DNA of 44,053 nucleotides from positions 1-44,053 of the forward strand of contig DYQJ01000003.1 of assembly GCA_020719345.1 (NCBI GenBank). The letters are read 5' to 3'. Source of the stretch: Draconibacterium orientale (lineage in GTDB: Bacteria > Bacteroidota > Bacteroidia > Bacteroidales > DYQJ01). Both the position numbers and the translations under genes were made by a program. This document shows, in pieces, positions 26,941-36,233 of the stretch. Under the pieces are notes generated by a model, which saw nothing but the letters and a program-made list of their open reading frames with translations, was not told the origin of the DNA and made no database searches. Numbering within the stretch: the stretch's first letter is position 1; each line of letters starts with the position of its first letter.

Positions 26941-26942
26941 AA
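26849..26942 (+). repeat. Identity block B2 (partner of 25077-25170)
   Basis: See block B1. Here the trailing ATGAAA opens only a 20-codon ORF (MKAIKQVSKNHRDDLFETFF*). Confidence 0.95.
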
Positions 26943-26945
26943 GCA

Positions 26946-26966
26946 ATAAAACAAGTCTCTAAAAAT
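26946..26966 (+). repeat. 21-nt exact copy of internal coding sequence of the duplicated ATPase-nuclease genes
   Basis: ataaaacaagtctctaaaaat also occurs at 19160-19180 and 20914-20934. Nearby, acgacctctttgaga (26974-26988) matches 19146-19160 at 14/15, but the two pieces are in swapped order. Confidence 0.9.
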
Positions 26967-27099
26967 CATAGAGACGACCTCTTTGAGACATTTTTTTGAA
27001 AAATTTTACTTATTTAAGTTTTATTAAAAAATAAAAACATTATAATATAAATATTTTGCGTTACTTTGTACTTTTAAAAATTACTTAAATTTTTGTTTC

Positions 27100-29535
27100 A
27101 TGAAAAAGGTTATAATGTTTTTTGTTTTGGCATTAATATTTACAAAAATTGATGCTCAAGCTCCTAAGGGAGGCGGTTATTCAGGTGGAGAAGGTGGAAT
27201 AATTACAGGAATAGTTATTGACGGCGGACTCAAAACGCCTATAGAGTATGCAAATCTGGTACTTTACAAACAGTCTGATTCTTCGTTAGTTACAGGCACA
27301 ATAACCGATGCAACCGGCAAATTTGTAATAAAAGATGTGACCGCCGATAAATATTTTTTGACCGCCAATTTTATAGGATATAACAAAACAAACATCGCAA
27401 ATATAGAAATTAATAAGACCAATAGTTTTAAAATGCTGGATACTATATATTTATCTCAAGCATCTGAAGAGTTGAAAGAAGTAGAAATAACCGGGACAAA
27501 GAGTTATATCAAATATGAAATAGATAAAAAAGTGTTAAATGTTAGTCAAAGTCCAAATGGCACGACAGGTAGTGCGGCAGATGTCTTAGAAGGAGCGCCT
27601 TCTATACAAGTTGACGTGGATGGCAATGTCAGTTTGAGAGGAAGTACAAATTTTAAAGTCTTAATAGATGGCAAGCCATCTGTCCTTAGCGCCAATGATA
27701 TCCTACAACAAACCCCGGCAAGTATGATAGAGAGCATCGAAATAATAACTAATCCTTCTGCCAAGTATGACCCAGAGGGAAATTCTGGAATTATTAATTT
27801 AGTTACAAAGAAAAAATCTGTCAGCGGTTTCAATGGTATTTTCAATGTAGGTGTCGGTTCATACGGCGGTTTCACTACCGATTTCTTATTCAATTACAAA
27901 ATAAAAAAAATAAACTTTTTTGTCGGAGCAAATTATAATGACACTCCTCATCTCGGGACAGGTTATTTTGAAAGAACTACCTATGGCGATATCATTTCTA
28001 AGGTAGAAGCCGATGCCCAGAGAGAACGTTTACATGGTGGATACTCCGCAAAAACAGGTATAGATTATTATATAAATGACAAAAATACGTTATCTTTATC
28101 TTCTAATGTAGGAAAATTTATTTTTGGAATGTCCTCCGATACTTATTACTCCAATTGGACTGAGCCGCAAACTTACGAACGCTATTTTATTAGCAGCAGC
28201 AATAAAGAAGTTGATAATGATTATATTAATACCGATTTAACTTATCAGCACAAATTCGCTAAGAAAGACCACACACTTGATATTTACTTCTTTTATTCTA
28301 ATAATATAGGTAACGACAAAGAAGAATTGAAAGATATTTATACTAATTCAGAATGGGAATTGCTTGGTACAGACTACGATGCGCATACGTCTAAGGCAGA
28401 TGATAGCGGTTATGGAAGCGAGTTTAAAATAGATTATATCTATCCGATAAATGATAAATCTAAATTAGAAGCCGGGTACAATCTTGAGTTATATGATGCC
28501 AATTATTCGTATATTTATAAAATATATAACAATACCATAGACAATTGGGAAGAAGACCCTTCGCATACCAATCAATCTAATTATACAAATCATATAGAAG
28601 CCATTTACAGTACTTATACCAGTGAGATAAAAGGTTTTGGATATCAAATAGGACTGCGTGCCGAGTACAGCGAACGACTGTTTACTCAAAAAACAACTAA
28701 TGAAAAATATCCTTACAATAAAATAAGTTTATTTCCAAGTGCCTATATTTCAAAGACTTTGTCGCATGAGCAAGAAATACAATTATCTTACAGCCGCCGT
28801 ATTATGCGTCCGGATGAGTGGACATTGAATCCGTTTCCTATCTTCTCTGACCAATTTAGTGTAATGTATGGAAATCCTTTATTGAACCCGCAATACACTG
28901 ATTCTTACGAGCTGAACTATCAAAAATATTTTGGACGTTCGTCTATCAGTGTGGAGACTTTTTATAGAAATTCTACTGATGCCTTTGCTCGCATCACCGA
29001 ATTAACTGACGATGGACTGCTTGCCACTAAATTTGAAAATGCCAATCAAGAGTCAACTTTGGGAGTAGAAGCGATGGCAAGTCTGATGCTTTTTAAGATG
29101 TTAATGTTAAATCCGAGTGTTAGCTTTTACCAATATAACGTAAAAGGTGTAGTAGATAGTCAGACACAAACCGCAAAAAGTACCAATGCCGATATTCGTC
29201 TGATGACAATGTTAATGTTAGGACGTAATACAAAACTCTCGTTTACAACTTTTTACAGCGCTCCAAGTACCAATTTGCAGGGCGAAACTAAATATAGATT
29301 CGGAGCAATGGCATCTTTTAAACAAGAGTTTTTTAAGAAGAAACTGTCGTTATCCGTATCCGGAAGAAATGTTCTTGGAACGATGAAATTTCAATTCTCT
29401 ACAAAAGGAGAAGGATATGAAGCATACAATATCATGAAACCGAAGACCTCGTTTATGATTAATCTTAGCTACAAAATAAATAATTATACGAAGCGAAATT
29501 TTGAAACCGACAATAATATGAACATTGATTTATAG
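27100..29535 (+). CDS. Outer-membrane beta-barrel / TonB-dependent-receptor-like protein with a CarboxypepD_reg N-domain (OMP_b-brl_3-type)
   Basis: 811 aa with signal peptide MKKVIMFFVLALIFTKIDAQ. Motifs are ITGIVIDG...GKFVIKDV..YFLTANFIGY and AADVLEGAPSIQVDVDGNVSLRGS..VLIDGKP. Confidence 0.85.
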   Translation: MKKVIMFFVLALIFTKIDAQAPKGGGYSGGEGGIITGIVIDGGLKTPIEYANLVLYKQSDSSLVTGTITDATGKFVIKDVTADKYFLTANFIGYNKTNIANIEINKTNSFKMLDTIYLSQASEELKEVEITGTKSYIKYEIDKKVLNVSQSPNGTTGSAADVLEGAPSIQVDVDGNVSLRGSTNFKVLIDGKPSVLSANDILQQTPASMIESIEIITNPSAKYDPEGNSGIINLVTKKKSVSGFNGIFNVGVGSYGGFTTDFLFNYKIKKINFFVGANYNDTPHLGTGYFERTTYGDIISKVEADAQRERLHGGYSAKTGIDYYINDKNTLSLSSNVGKFIFGMSSDTYYSNWTEPQTYERYFISSSNKEVDNDYINTDLTYQHKFAKKDHTLDIYFFYSNNIGNDKEELKDIYTNSEWELLGTDYDAHTSKADDSGYGSEFKIDYIYPINDKSKLEAGYNLELYDANYSYIYKIYNNTIDNWEEDPSHTNQSNYTNHIEAIYSTYTSEIKGFGYQIGLRAEYSERLFTQKTTNEKYPYNKISLFPSAYISKTLSHEQEIQLSYSRRIMRPDEWTLNPFPIFSDQFSVMYGNPLLNPQYTDSYELNYQKYFGRSSISVETFYRNSTDAFARITELTDDGLLATKFENANQESTLGVEAMASLMLFKMLMLNPSVSFYQYNVKGVVDSQTQTAKSTNADIRLMTMLMLGRNTKLSFTTFYSAPSTNLQGETKYRFGAMASFKQEFFKKKLSLSVSGRNVLGTMKFQFSTKGEGYEAYNIMKPKTSFMINLSYKINNYTKRNFETDNNMNIDL

Positions 29536-29537
29536 TC

Positions 29538-30770
29538 ATGACAAAAAAAAATGCGTTAGTGATATTGTTAATAGGAATTGTAGGAGCAATTCCTATTATC
29601 TTGTATCTTTTATTGTTTTATTCCGACAAATCGCGTGATGCGGAATGGTGTTTATCGCTTTTAAAAGATACAAAAAAAGTAGTGTTAATAGATGTGCATC
29701 AGCCACATGCGTATGAAAAAGAACATATTAGCGGAGCAATAAATATAGAAAAAGATATTATTTTAAATAAATACGATGGTATTGACGCCGCGATAAAAGC
29801 CAAAACATGGATTTTAATTTGCGAAGGAGGTATTTCTACTAATTATATAGCGAATAAACTCAAAAACACTAAAACCGACATTTATACTGCTGAAGGAGGA
29901 CTACAAAGATGGAAGGCATTACAATTTACCGACACCGACTCATTGTTCTGTCATCTGATTGTAAATGATAAACCGCTAACTTTTCCGTATAAAAACACCT
30001 CTTCTGTAGAACAATTGATGTTGGTTCTTTCGGCGTTTGTGGTCAAACCTTTGTATATGATTCTTAGCTTTTTATTGTTTTTCCTTCTTAAAAGAACGTC
30101 GCTTACCATACGTGCTTTGCGATATTCTATGCTTGCATTTTTTCTGGGAGAAGCTTTTTGTGCAATTAACTATCTGTTTACCAACGAAGAGTCTTTGGTT
30201 TTGGAATATTTGCACAGCTTCGGGATGTTAGTGAGTTTTGGCTTTGTTATATTTGCAGCGCTTCATTATGTTAGTCAAAATATTATTCGCTTTGAAAACA
30301 AACAACAAAATTGCTTATTTATAAAAGATTGCAAACAATGTTACAAATATAAGTCGGTCAGCTGCAAGCTTCAAAATTCAATGCTTTTTGTTACTATCAT
30401 CTTTTTTATTCTCGCTTTTATCCCTTTGCTGGTGCCTATATTGCCGATTTCTTATAACACTAATATTTATGATACTTTTTATAACAGTACTCATTTCAAT
30501 ATTTTTCAGCTTTTTGAGAAACGGTATTTGTCGCATGTCAGTATATTATTATTTTTTATCAGCTTTTTAAGTGTCAAATTTTTTAGCGACTTTTTCTATG
30601 CGAAAATATTTTTTAGTGCCGCCATGGGCATGTTATCTTTTAGCTTTTTCCGGATAGTTTTATTGTCTTTGTTTGCCGAAAATATGATATGGTTTGCAGT
30701 ATTAGAAGAGATAACCGAGCTGATGTTTATTATCACATTATTATATCATTATAAACCTTTTTTACGCTAA
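29538..30770 (+). CDS. Membrane protein: N-terminal anchor, rhodanese-like domain, then a polytopic Cys-containing C-terminal domain
   Basis: 410 aa. VVLIDVHQPHAYEKEHISGAINIE and the ICEGGIST loop are rhodanese-like. About 7 hydrophobic helices follow, with a CLFIKDCKQCYKYKSVSC cluster. It starts 3 nt after the preceding gene. Confidence 0.7.
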   Translation: MTKKNALVILLIGIVGAIPIILYLLLFYSDKSRDAEWCLSLLKDTKKVVLIDVHQPHAYEKEHISGAINIEKDIILNKYDGIDAAIKAKTWILICEGGISTNYIANKLKNTKTDIYTAEGGLQRWKALQFTDTDSLFCHLIVNDKPLTFPYKNTSSVEQLMLVLSAFVVKPLYMILSFLLFFLLKRTSLTIRALRYSMLAFFLGEAFCAINYLFTNEESLVLEYLHSFGMLVSFGFVIFAALHYVSQNIIRFENKQQNCLFIKDCKQCYKYKSVSCKLQNSMLFVTIIFFILAFIPLLVPILPISYNTNIYDTFYNSTHFNIFQLFEKRYLSHVSILLFFISFLSVKFFSDFFYAKIFFSAAMGMLSFSFFRIVLLSLFAENMIWFAVLEEITELMFIITLLYHYKPFLR

Positions 30771-30783
30771 ACAATTTATTTTT

Positions 30784-31347
30784 ATGAAAGAAATATTAAG
30801 AAATAATAAAAATTATATATTCGCTTCTTTTGCTATACTTTTTTATCTGGTTCATGGAATTTACTGGTATTCAAATGGTGTTTTGTCTAATATGCTGTGG
30901 GCGTGTCATTTAGCATCTTTGATAGTAGGTATAGGATTGTTCTTAAAAAATAAATTATTAATAACCGCAGCAACACTTTTGCTCATCATGGGCAATATTT
31001 TCTGGGCATTATTTTTATGGGGCGGTGGCAAGATGGAATTAACCTCGCCGCTGACTCACCTCGGCGGATTGATTTGCGGATTGTACGGATGCTACGTATA
31101 TGGAGTCCAAGTCCATGCATGGATTTTTACTGTCGTATTCTTAGCTTGTTTACAAATAATAAGTAGATTTATAACGCCGGAGATAGAAAATATAAATCTG
31201 GCTTTTGCCGTTGCTGAGGGCTGGGACAAACTTTTCCCTGATTATCTTGTTTATGAAATATTTTTACTTATACAAAGTAGCGTAACTTTCTTTATATCAG
31301 AGAGAATTTTATCTTTTTTACGAAAAAAAATCGTCAGAGAAATTTAA
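30784..31347 (+). CDS. Hypothetical polytopic membrane protein
   Basis: 187 aa with about 5 hydrophobic helices. I recognised no family. Confidence 0.6.
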   Translation: MKEILRNNKNYIFASFAILFYLVHGIYWYSNGVLSNMLWACHLASLIVGIGLFLKNKLLITAATLLLIMGNIFWALFLWGGGKMELTSPLTHLGGLICGLYGCYVYGVQVHAWIFTVVFLACLQIISRFITPEIENINLAFAVAEGWDKLFPDYLVYEIFLLIQSSVTFFISERILSFLRKKIVREI

Positions 31348-31423
31348 TTTTATAAATGAATTTTGCTATAATAAATATTTTAATAACTTTACCGAAAATT
31401 TAATAAAATAAAATAGTAATGAT

Positions 31424-31891
31424 ATGGAAGCTGTTATTATCAATAATTACGAAGAATTTGAAAGTTATCTGGGAAAAGAAATTGGAGTTTCTGACTATCT
31501 ACAAATCACTCAAGAGCAAGTGAACGCTTTTGGTCGGGCTACTCATGATATGCAATGGATACATACTGACCCCGAAAGAGCAAAATTAGAGTCACCTTTC
31601 AAAGGGACTATCGCGCATGGCTATTTAACGCTCTCGCTATTGGCGTATTTTTGGGCAAGAGTAGTTGAGGTTAGAAATTTTTCTACCTTAGTTAATTATG
31701 GCGTAGACAAGTTCAAATTTAGCGAGCCGGTGATGGTCGGAAGTAATGTGAGAGTGAGATTTACTGTAGAAACGATAGCTAATTTGAGAGGTATTGCCAA
31801 GGTCTCTTTAAAAGTTAGAATGGAAATAGAAGACAAAAAAAAGCCGGCTTTTGAAGGCATTGTAACTTTTCTATATAATTTTAAAAATTAA
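31424..31891 (+). CDS. MaoC-like (R)-hydratase / hot-dog fold dehydratase
   Basis: 155 aa with VNAFGRATHDMQWIHTDPERAK..SPFKGTIAHGYLTLSL. Confidence 0.85.
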   Translation: MEAVIINNYEEFESYLGKEIGVSDYLQITQEQVNAFGRATHDMQWIHTDPERAKLESPFKGTIAHGYLTLSLLAYFWARVVEVRNFSTLVNYGVDKFKFSEPVMVGSNVRVRFTVETIANLRGIAKVSLKVRMEIEDKKKPAFEGIVTFLYNFKN

Positions 31892-31892
31892 A

Positions 31893-32311
31893 AAAATTAA
31901 TTATCACGCAAAGACGCAGAGACGCAAAGCAAAATGATTTTTGTAGAAAATTAATTATCACGCAAAGACGCAGAGACGCAAAGCAAAATGATTTTTGTGG
32001 AAAATTAATTATCACGCAAAGACGCAGAGACGCAAAGCAAAATGATTTTTGTAGAAAATTAATTATCACGCAAAGACGCAGAGACGCAAAGCAAAATGAT
32101 TTTTGTAGAAAATTAATTATCACGCAAAGACGCAGAGACGCAAAGCAAAATGATTTTTGTGGAAAATTAATTATCACGCAAAGACGCAGAGACGCAAAGC
32201 AAAATGATTTTTGTAGAAAATTAATTATCACGCAAAGACGCAGAGACGCAAAGCAAAATGATTTTTGTGGAAAATTAATTATCACGCAAAGACGCAGAGA
32301 CGCAAAGCAAA
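31893..32311. repeat. 54-bp tandem repeat, 7 full units plus a 41-nt partial unit
   Basis: The unit is aaaattaattatcacgcaaagacgcagagacgcaaagcaaaatgatttttgt[a/g]g. Units start at 31893, 31947, 32001, 32055, 32109, 32163, 32217 and 32271. The only polymorphism is A/G, in the order A,G,A,A,G,A,G. Confidence 0.95.
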
Positions 32312-32350
32312 GAAATGTTATCTAATAAATGAAAGATGCCATATTTTAAT

Positions 32351-32394
32351 TATACTATAACGGCAACTTTGGCAAGTTGCCGTTTATAGTATAT
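32351..32394 (+). terminator. Strong hairpin, probably an intrinsic terminator
   Basis: CGGCAACTT (32361-69), tggc loop, AAGTTGCCG (32374-82). It is extended by imperfect tatactataa/tttatagtata arms and followed by a T-rich stretch. Confidence 0.55.
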
Positions 32395-32471
32395 TTTGCC
32401 TATTTATTGGGTAATTGCCACCTATATTTCAAAATAAACAAAAAAATATTACTTTTTTGATTTATTTATAA

Positions 32472-32479
32472 TATATTTG
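32472..32479 (+). promoter_or_regulatory. Bacteroidota-type -7 box TATATTTG
   Basis: Matches TAnnTTTG, 36 nt upstream of the ATG at 32515. Confidence 0.45.
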
Positions 32480-32514
32480 CAAAATAAAAATAGGTTACAA
32501 AAGTTTTTAAAATA

Positions 32515-35500
32515 ATGGAGATGAAAAAAATTGTTAATATATTGTTTTTCACGTTTTTCTGTTTAAATATCTTCGCACAGAACGAGATAGGTAAATATTT
32601 TGTAACGACCTACACCGCAAAACATTTTAACACTAAACCCGAAATTCTTAGCGTAGTTAAAGATAATCGCGGCTTTTTATACTTCGGGACAGATGACGGT
32701 TTACTTGAATTTGACGGCAATTACTGGCGACATATTCTATCTCCCAACAGTGCAGCCATGAACTCTCTCGGTATTGATGCTGACGGAACAGTCTTTGCCG
32801 GCGGAAAAAATGAACTCGGATATTTAAAACCCGTAAACGGAAAACTTGATTATATCTCTATATTACACAAACTTGATACCGCAGACCAAGCATTCGGGAC
32901 AATACGAAATATTGTTGCACACGACAATAAAATATTCTTCCGAACCTCGAAACGACTTTTTGTCTATAACAAAAAAACGGAAACTTTTAAGGTTATATAT
33001 CCGCCTAATTCTTTTTATTTTCCTTTCTTACATAACAACAAATTTTATATCTTTGATAAAAAAAAAATATTTGAATATGAAACAGATACCCTCAAACAAG
33101 TAACTTTTGATATTTATTTTGACAATATTATACGAGGAGTGCATCCTTACAAAGGAGATAGCCTGCTATTTATTAGTAATGATTTCTTAACTATATATAA
33201 ACTCGGAGCAAGCAACAGCAGAATACCCGTAGTAGATTTGGACTTTCACAACTTCTGGCGGAAAACATGGGTCTATACTACTTTGTATTCTGAATATTAT
33301 AAGACACATTATCTCGGAACTTTTGACCAAGGGGTTATGGTATTAGACCAAGATTTTAATCTTGTTACTACAATAAACTCAGAAGACGGAATAGCGGATA
33401 ACTTCATCTGGAAAATGACTCTTGATAATGCAAATGGACTATGGGTCGCCACCGAAAAAGGTATCTCGCAAATAGACGTGCCATCGCCTATCTCCATGTG
33501 GAACGAAAAGGTTAAATTATACGGAACTATTGCCGATGTCATCAGATATAAAGATATTATTTATGTTACTACAAGTCAAAATATTTTCTATCTTACTAAA
33601 AATCAAGTCACTAAATTCCCTTATAGTCTAACTCAGCAATGTTGGAAATTCTTAAAATATCCCACCGAAAAAGATACTATCTTATTGGTAGGTATAGCAG
33701 GAGGAGTTCATGAAATTAAAAATTTTGATATACATGAAATTGTTAAAGGGTTTCATGCGAATGACCTAATTATTTCTAAAACAGATAAAAATATAATCTA
33801 TGTCCTCTGGAACGAAGGAATTTCCCGACTAAAATATGAGAACAAAAAATTAAACGCACTCCCTTATTTGAAAAATTTTGAATATGCAGTCCGTAGCTTT
33901 TACGAATCCGAAGACGGATACTTATTACTGTCAACTGACGAAAAAGGAATAGCTAAAGTAAAAACAAACATGGACTGGGATACAATGCCGAATATTAATT
34001 ATCTCACTACTAAAAACGGACTAACTATAGATTTCCTAAATTATATTTTTGAACTTGATAATCAAGTATATGTACAATCCGAAAAAGACCTCTTAAAATA
34101 TTTACCCGATAAAGATACTTTTATAAAAGCCGACTTATTTATTACTAAATTCTTTGACGCTAATTATTTTCTTGCTCATTTTCAAAAAATTAACGACAAT
34201 AAATTTTTCATTGTTACAAAATATGAACAATCTCAAAAACACTTTTTTATTGAAAAAGATAAAAACAATAACTGGATAAAAAACGATTCGACATTTAGAA
34301 AAATTGACAATCACAGCACCATAATATATTATGCCGAAGACAATGGAAACCTCTGGCTCGGAGGAGCAGAAGGACTTTTTAAATACAATCCGAACATAAA
34401 CAAAAAATACAACACTACGCACAGTGCATACATTCGCAAAATTTATACTACCGAAGACTCGGTTATATACTGGGGCGCTAATCAAAATTGCTCTCATTAT
34501 AAGGACACTAACTATTTTTCTATATTAGAATATAAACATAATTCTTTGATTTTTGAATACACCTCCAATGATTATCAAGATAAAGATAATTTATTGTACA
34601 GCTCATATCTACAAGGTTATGACAAAGCATGGAGCCACTGGACTAAGGACATAAAAAATAAATATACTAATCTTAAAGAAGGAAAATATACATTTAAAAT
34701 TAAAGCCAAAAACCTATATAACATAGAAAGTGAAATAGATGAATATTCTTTTCAAATACTTGCGCCATGGTACCGAAAATGGTGGGCATTTACTTTTTAT
34801 ATTATCTTTGCGGTTGCATTTGTCTATTCAGTAGTTAAACTTTATACTCGAAGACTCGTCAAACAAAAAGAACGATTAGAACAAATTGTTCTAGATAGAA
34901 CCGCCGAAATCCGACAACAAAAAGAAGAAATTGAAACCATTAATGACCAACTATCCGATAAAAACGAAGAACTAATGCAACAAAGAGAAGAAATCATCGC
35001 ACAATCCGAAGAACTGATGAGAATAAATACCGAACTGGAAAAATTATCTATCGTAGCAGCAGAAACCGACAATGCGGTAGTGATAATGGATGCAGAAGGC
35101 AATTTTGAATGGATAAACGAAGGTTTCACAAGACTATACGGATATGACTTCAACCAATTTATTGAAAAATACGGAACTAATATCTCCGGAGTTAGCTCTA
35201 ATAATGAAATTATTAATCTTATTAATATTTGTAAAATAGATAAAAAATCCATAATATACGAATCGCACAACAGCACAAAAAACGGCGAAGAAGTTTTTAC
35301 GCAGACTACCCTTACTCCTATTGTTAATTCGTATGAAAAAGTATATAAACTTATTGCTATAGAAACAGATATCCGAAAACTTAAAGAAGCACAAACAGTC
35401 ATAGAAAATAAAAACAAAGAACTAAAAGTCAAGAACGAACACATAACCTCAAGCATCAGATACGCACAAACTATACAAACCGCAATTCTGCCATTTAAGG

Positions 35501-36219
35501 ACAGCATAGACGCACATTTTGATAACTTTATTATTTTCAGACCAAAAGACATAGTCTCCGGTGACTTCTACTGGTACGCACAGGTAAATAACTTTCACTT
35601 CATCGCCGATATAGACTGCACCGGACATGGAGTACCGGGCGCCTTCATGAGCATGATAGGTAACACTCTGCTCAACCAAATTGTGCAAAGTAAAAATATT
35701 TTGGAGACCGATAACATTCTTTCTAAACTACATGAACTCATCGTCATCTCCCTGCGACAAGACAAAAGCGACAACAATGACGGAATGGATGTCTGTCTCT
35801 GCCGAATAGAAAAACAAGCTGATAAAACAATAGTAAACTTCACCGGCGCAAAGAGACCACTATATTATTACATACAAGGAGATGAAACAATAACCAATTT
35901 GAAAGGAAATAGAAAATCCATAGGCGGAACACAAAAGAAACAAAATATAGAAGAATTTACATCTACGGAAATAATTTTCCATACTAAAGGGGCTATTTTT
36001 CTTAGATCTGACGGTTTCACTGACCAAAATGACGTTAATAGATCCAAATATGGCTCTAATCAATTAATTAAAGTCTTGTTTGAAAATATTAATCTGCCAA
36101 TGAAAATACAAGGACAACAATTAGAACTATCTTTACTAAAATGGATGGACAACGAATCACAACGAGATGACATATCTTTCATCGGGATAGCAATTGATAA
36201 TCAGTTTCTTAAAAACTAA
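32515..36219 (+). CDS. Propeller/Y_Y_Y transmembrane sensor with PAS and a PP2C-type SpoIIE phosphatase output
   Basis: 1234 aa with Reg_prop-like repeats (RGFLYFGTDDGLLEFDGNYW) and Y_Y_Y (YSSYLQGYDKAWSHWT..LKEGKYTFKIKAKN). A TM (WWAFTFYIIFAVAFVYSVV) and coiled coil follow. The PAS reads NAVVIMDAEGNFEWINEGFTRLYGY. The SpoIIE reads VSGDFYWY...DCTGHGVPGAFMSMIG...DGMD..RSDGFTDQ. Confidence 0.9.
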   Translation: MEMKKIVNILFFTFFCLNIFAQNEIGKYFVTTYTAKHFNTKPEILSVVKDNRGFLYFGTDDGLLEFDGNYWRHILSPNSAAMNSLGIDADGTVFAGGKNELGYLKPVNGKLDYISILHKLDTADQAFGTIRNIVAHDNKIFFRTSKRLFVYNKKTETFKVIYPPNSFYFPFLHNNKFYIFDKKKIFEYETDTLKQVTFDIYFDNIIRGVHPYKGDSLLFISNDFLTIYKLGASNSRIPVVDLDFHNFWRKTWVYTTLYSEYYKTHYLGTFDQGVMVLDQDFNLVTTINSEDGIADNFIWKMTLDNANGLWVATEKGISQIDVPSPISMWNEKVKLYGTIADVIRYKDIIYVTTSQNIFYLTKNQVTKFPYSLTQQCWKFLKYPTEKDTILLVGIAGGVHEIKNFDIHEIVKGFHANDLIISKTDKNIIYVLWNEGISRLKYENKKLNALPYLKNFEYAVRSFYESEDGYLLLSTDEKGIAKVKTNMDWDTMPNINYLTTKNGLTIDFLNYIFELDNQVYVQSEKDLLKYLPDKDTFIKADLFITKFFDANYFLAHFQKINDNKFFIVTKYEQSQKHFFIEKDKNNNWIKNDSTFRKIDNHSTIIYYAEDNGNLWLGGAEGLFKYNPNINKKYNTTHSAYIRKIYTTEDSVIYWGANQNCSHYKDTNYFSILEYKHNSLIFEYTSNDYQDKDNLLYSSYLQGYDKAWSHWTKDIKNKYTNLKEGKYTFKIKAKNLYNIESEIDEYSFQILAPWYRKWWAFTFYIIFAVAFVYSVVKLYTRRLVKQKERLEQIVLDRTAEIRQQKEEIETINDQLSDKNEELMQQREEIIAQSEELMRINTELEKLSIVAAETDNAVVIMDAEGNFEWINEGFTRLYGYDFNQFIEKYGTNISGVSSNNEIINLINICKIDKKSIIYESHNSTKNGEEVFTQTTLTPIVNSYEKVYKLIAIETDIRKLKEAQTVIENKNKELKVKNEHITSSIRYAQTIQTAILPFKDSIDAHFDNFIIFRPKDIVSGDFYWYAQVNNFHFIADIDCTGHGVPGAFMSMIGNTLLNQIVQSKNILETDNILSKLHELIVISLRQDKSDNNDGMDVCLCRIEKQADKTIVNFTGAKRPLYYYIQGDETITNLKGNRKSIGGTQKKQNIEEFTSTEIIFHTKGAIFLRSDGFTDQNDVNRSKYGSNQLIKVLFENINLPMKIQGQQLELSLLKWMDNESQRDDISFIGIAIDNQFLKN

Positions 36220-36233
36220 ATTTATCTCTAAAT

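Noticed and set aside
17588-27000. Integrative element or prophage
   Set aside because: No integrase, transposase, tRNA target or phage structural genes are present. Only the 21-nt repeat and a compositional impression suggest mobility, so I report it as a hypothesis and not as a mobile_element feature.
31881-32285. 134-aa minus-strand ORF (MIINFPQKSFCFASLRLCVIINF...)
   Set aside because: It is open only because the 54-bp repeat is 18 codons long. Its composition is implausible (Cys/Phe-rich), its start lies inside the repeat, and it overlaps the maoC-like 3' end.
31893-32311. Possible CRISPR array
   Set aside because: The units abut with no unique spacers. The 54-bp period is a pure tandem repeat, and no cas genes are in the window.
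34842-35552. 236-aa minus-strand ORF inside the SpoIIE sensor gene
   Set aside because: It is antisense to a well-supported gene (coiled coil, PAS, SpoIIE motifs), has low-complexity Ser/Leu/Cys composition and contains no recognisable motif.
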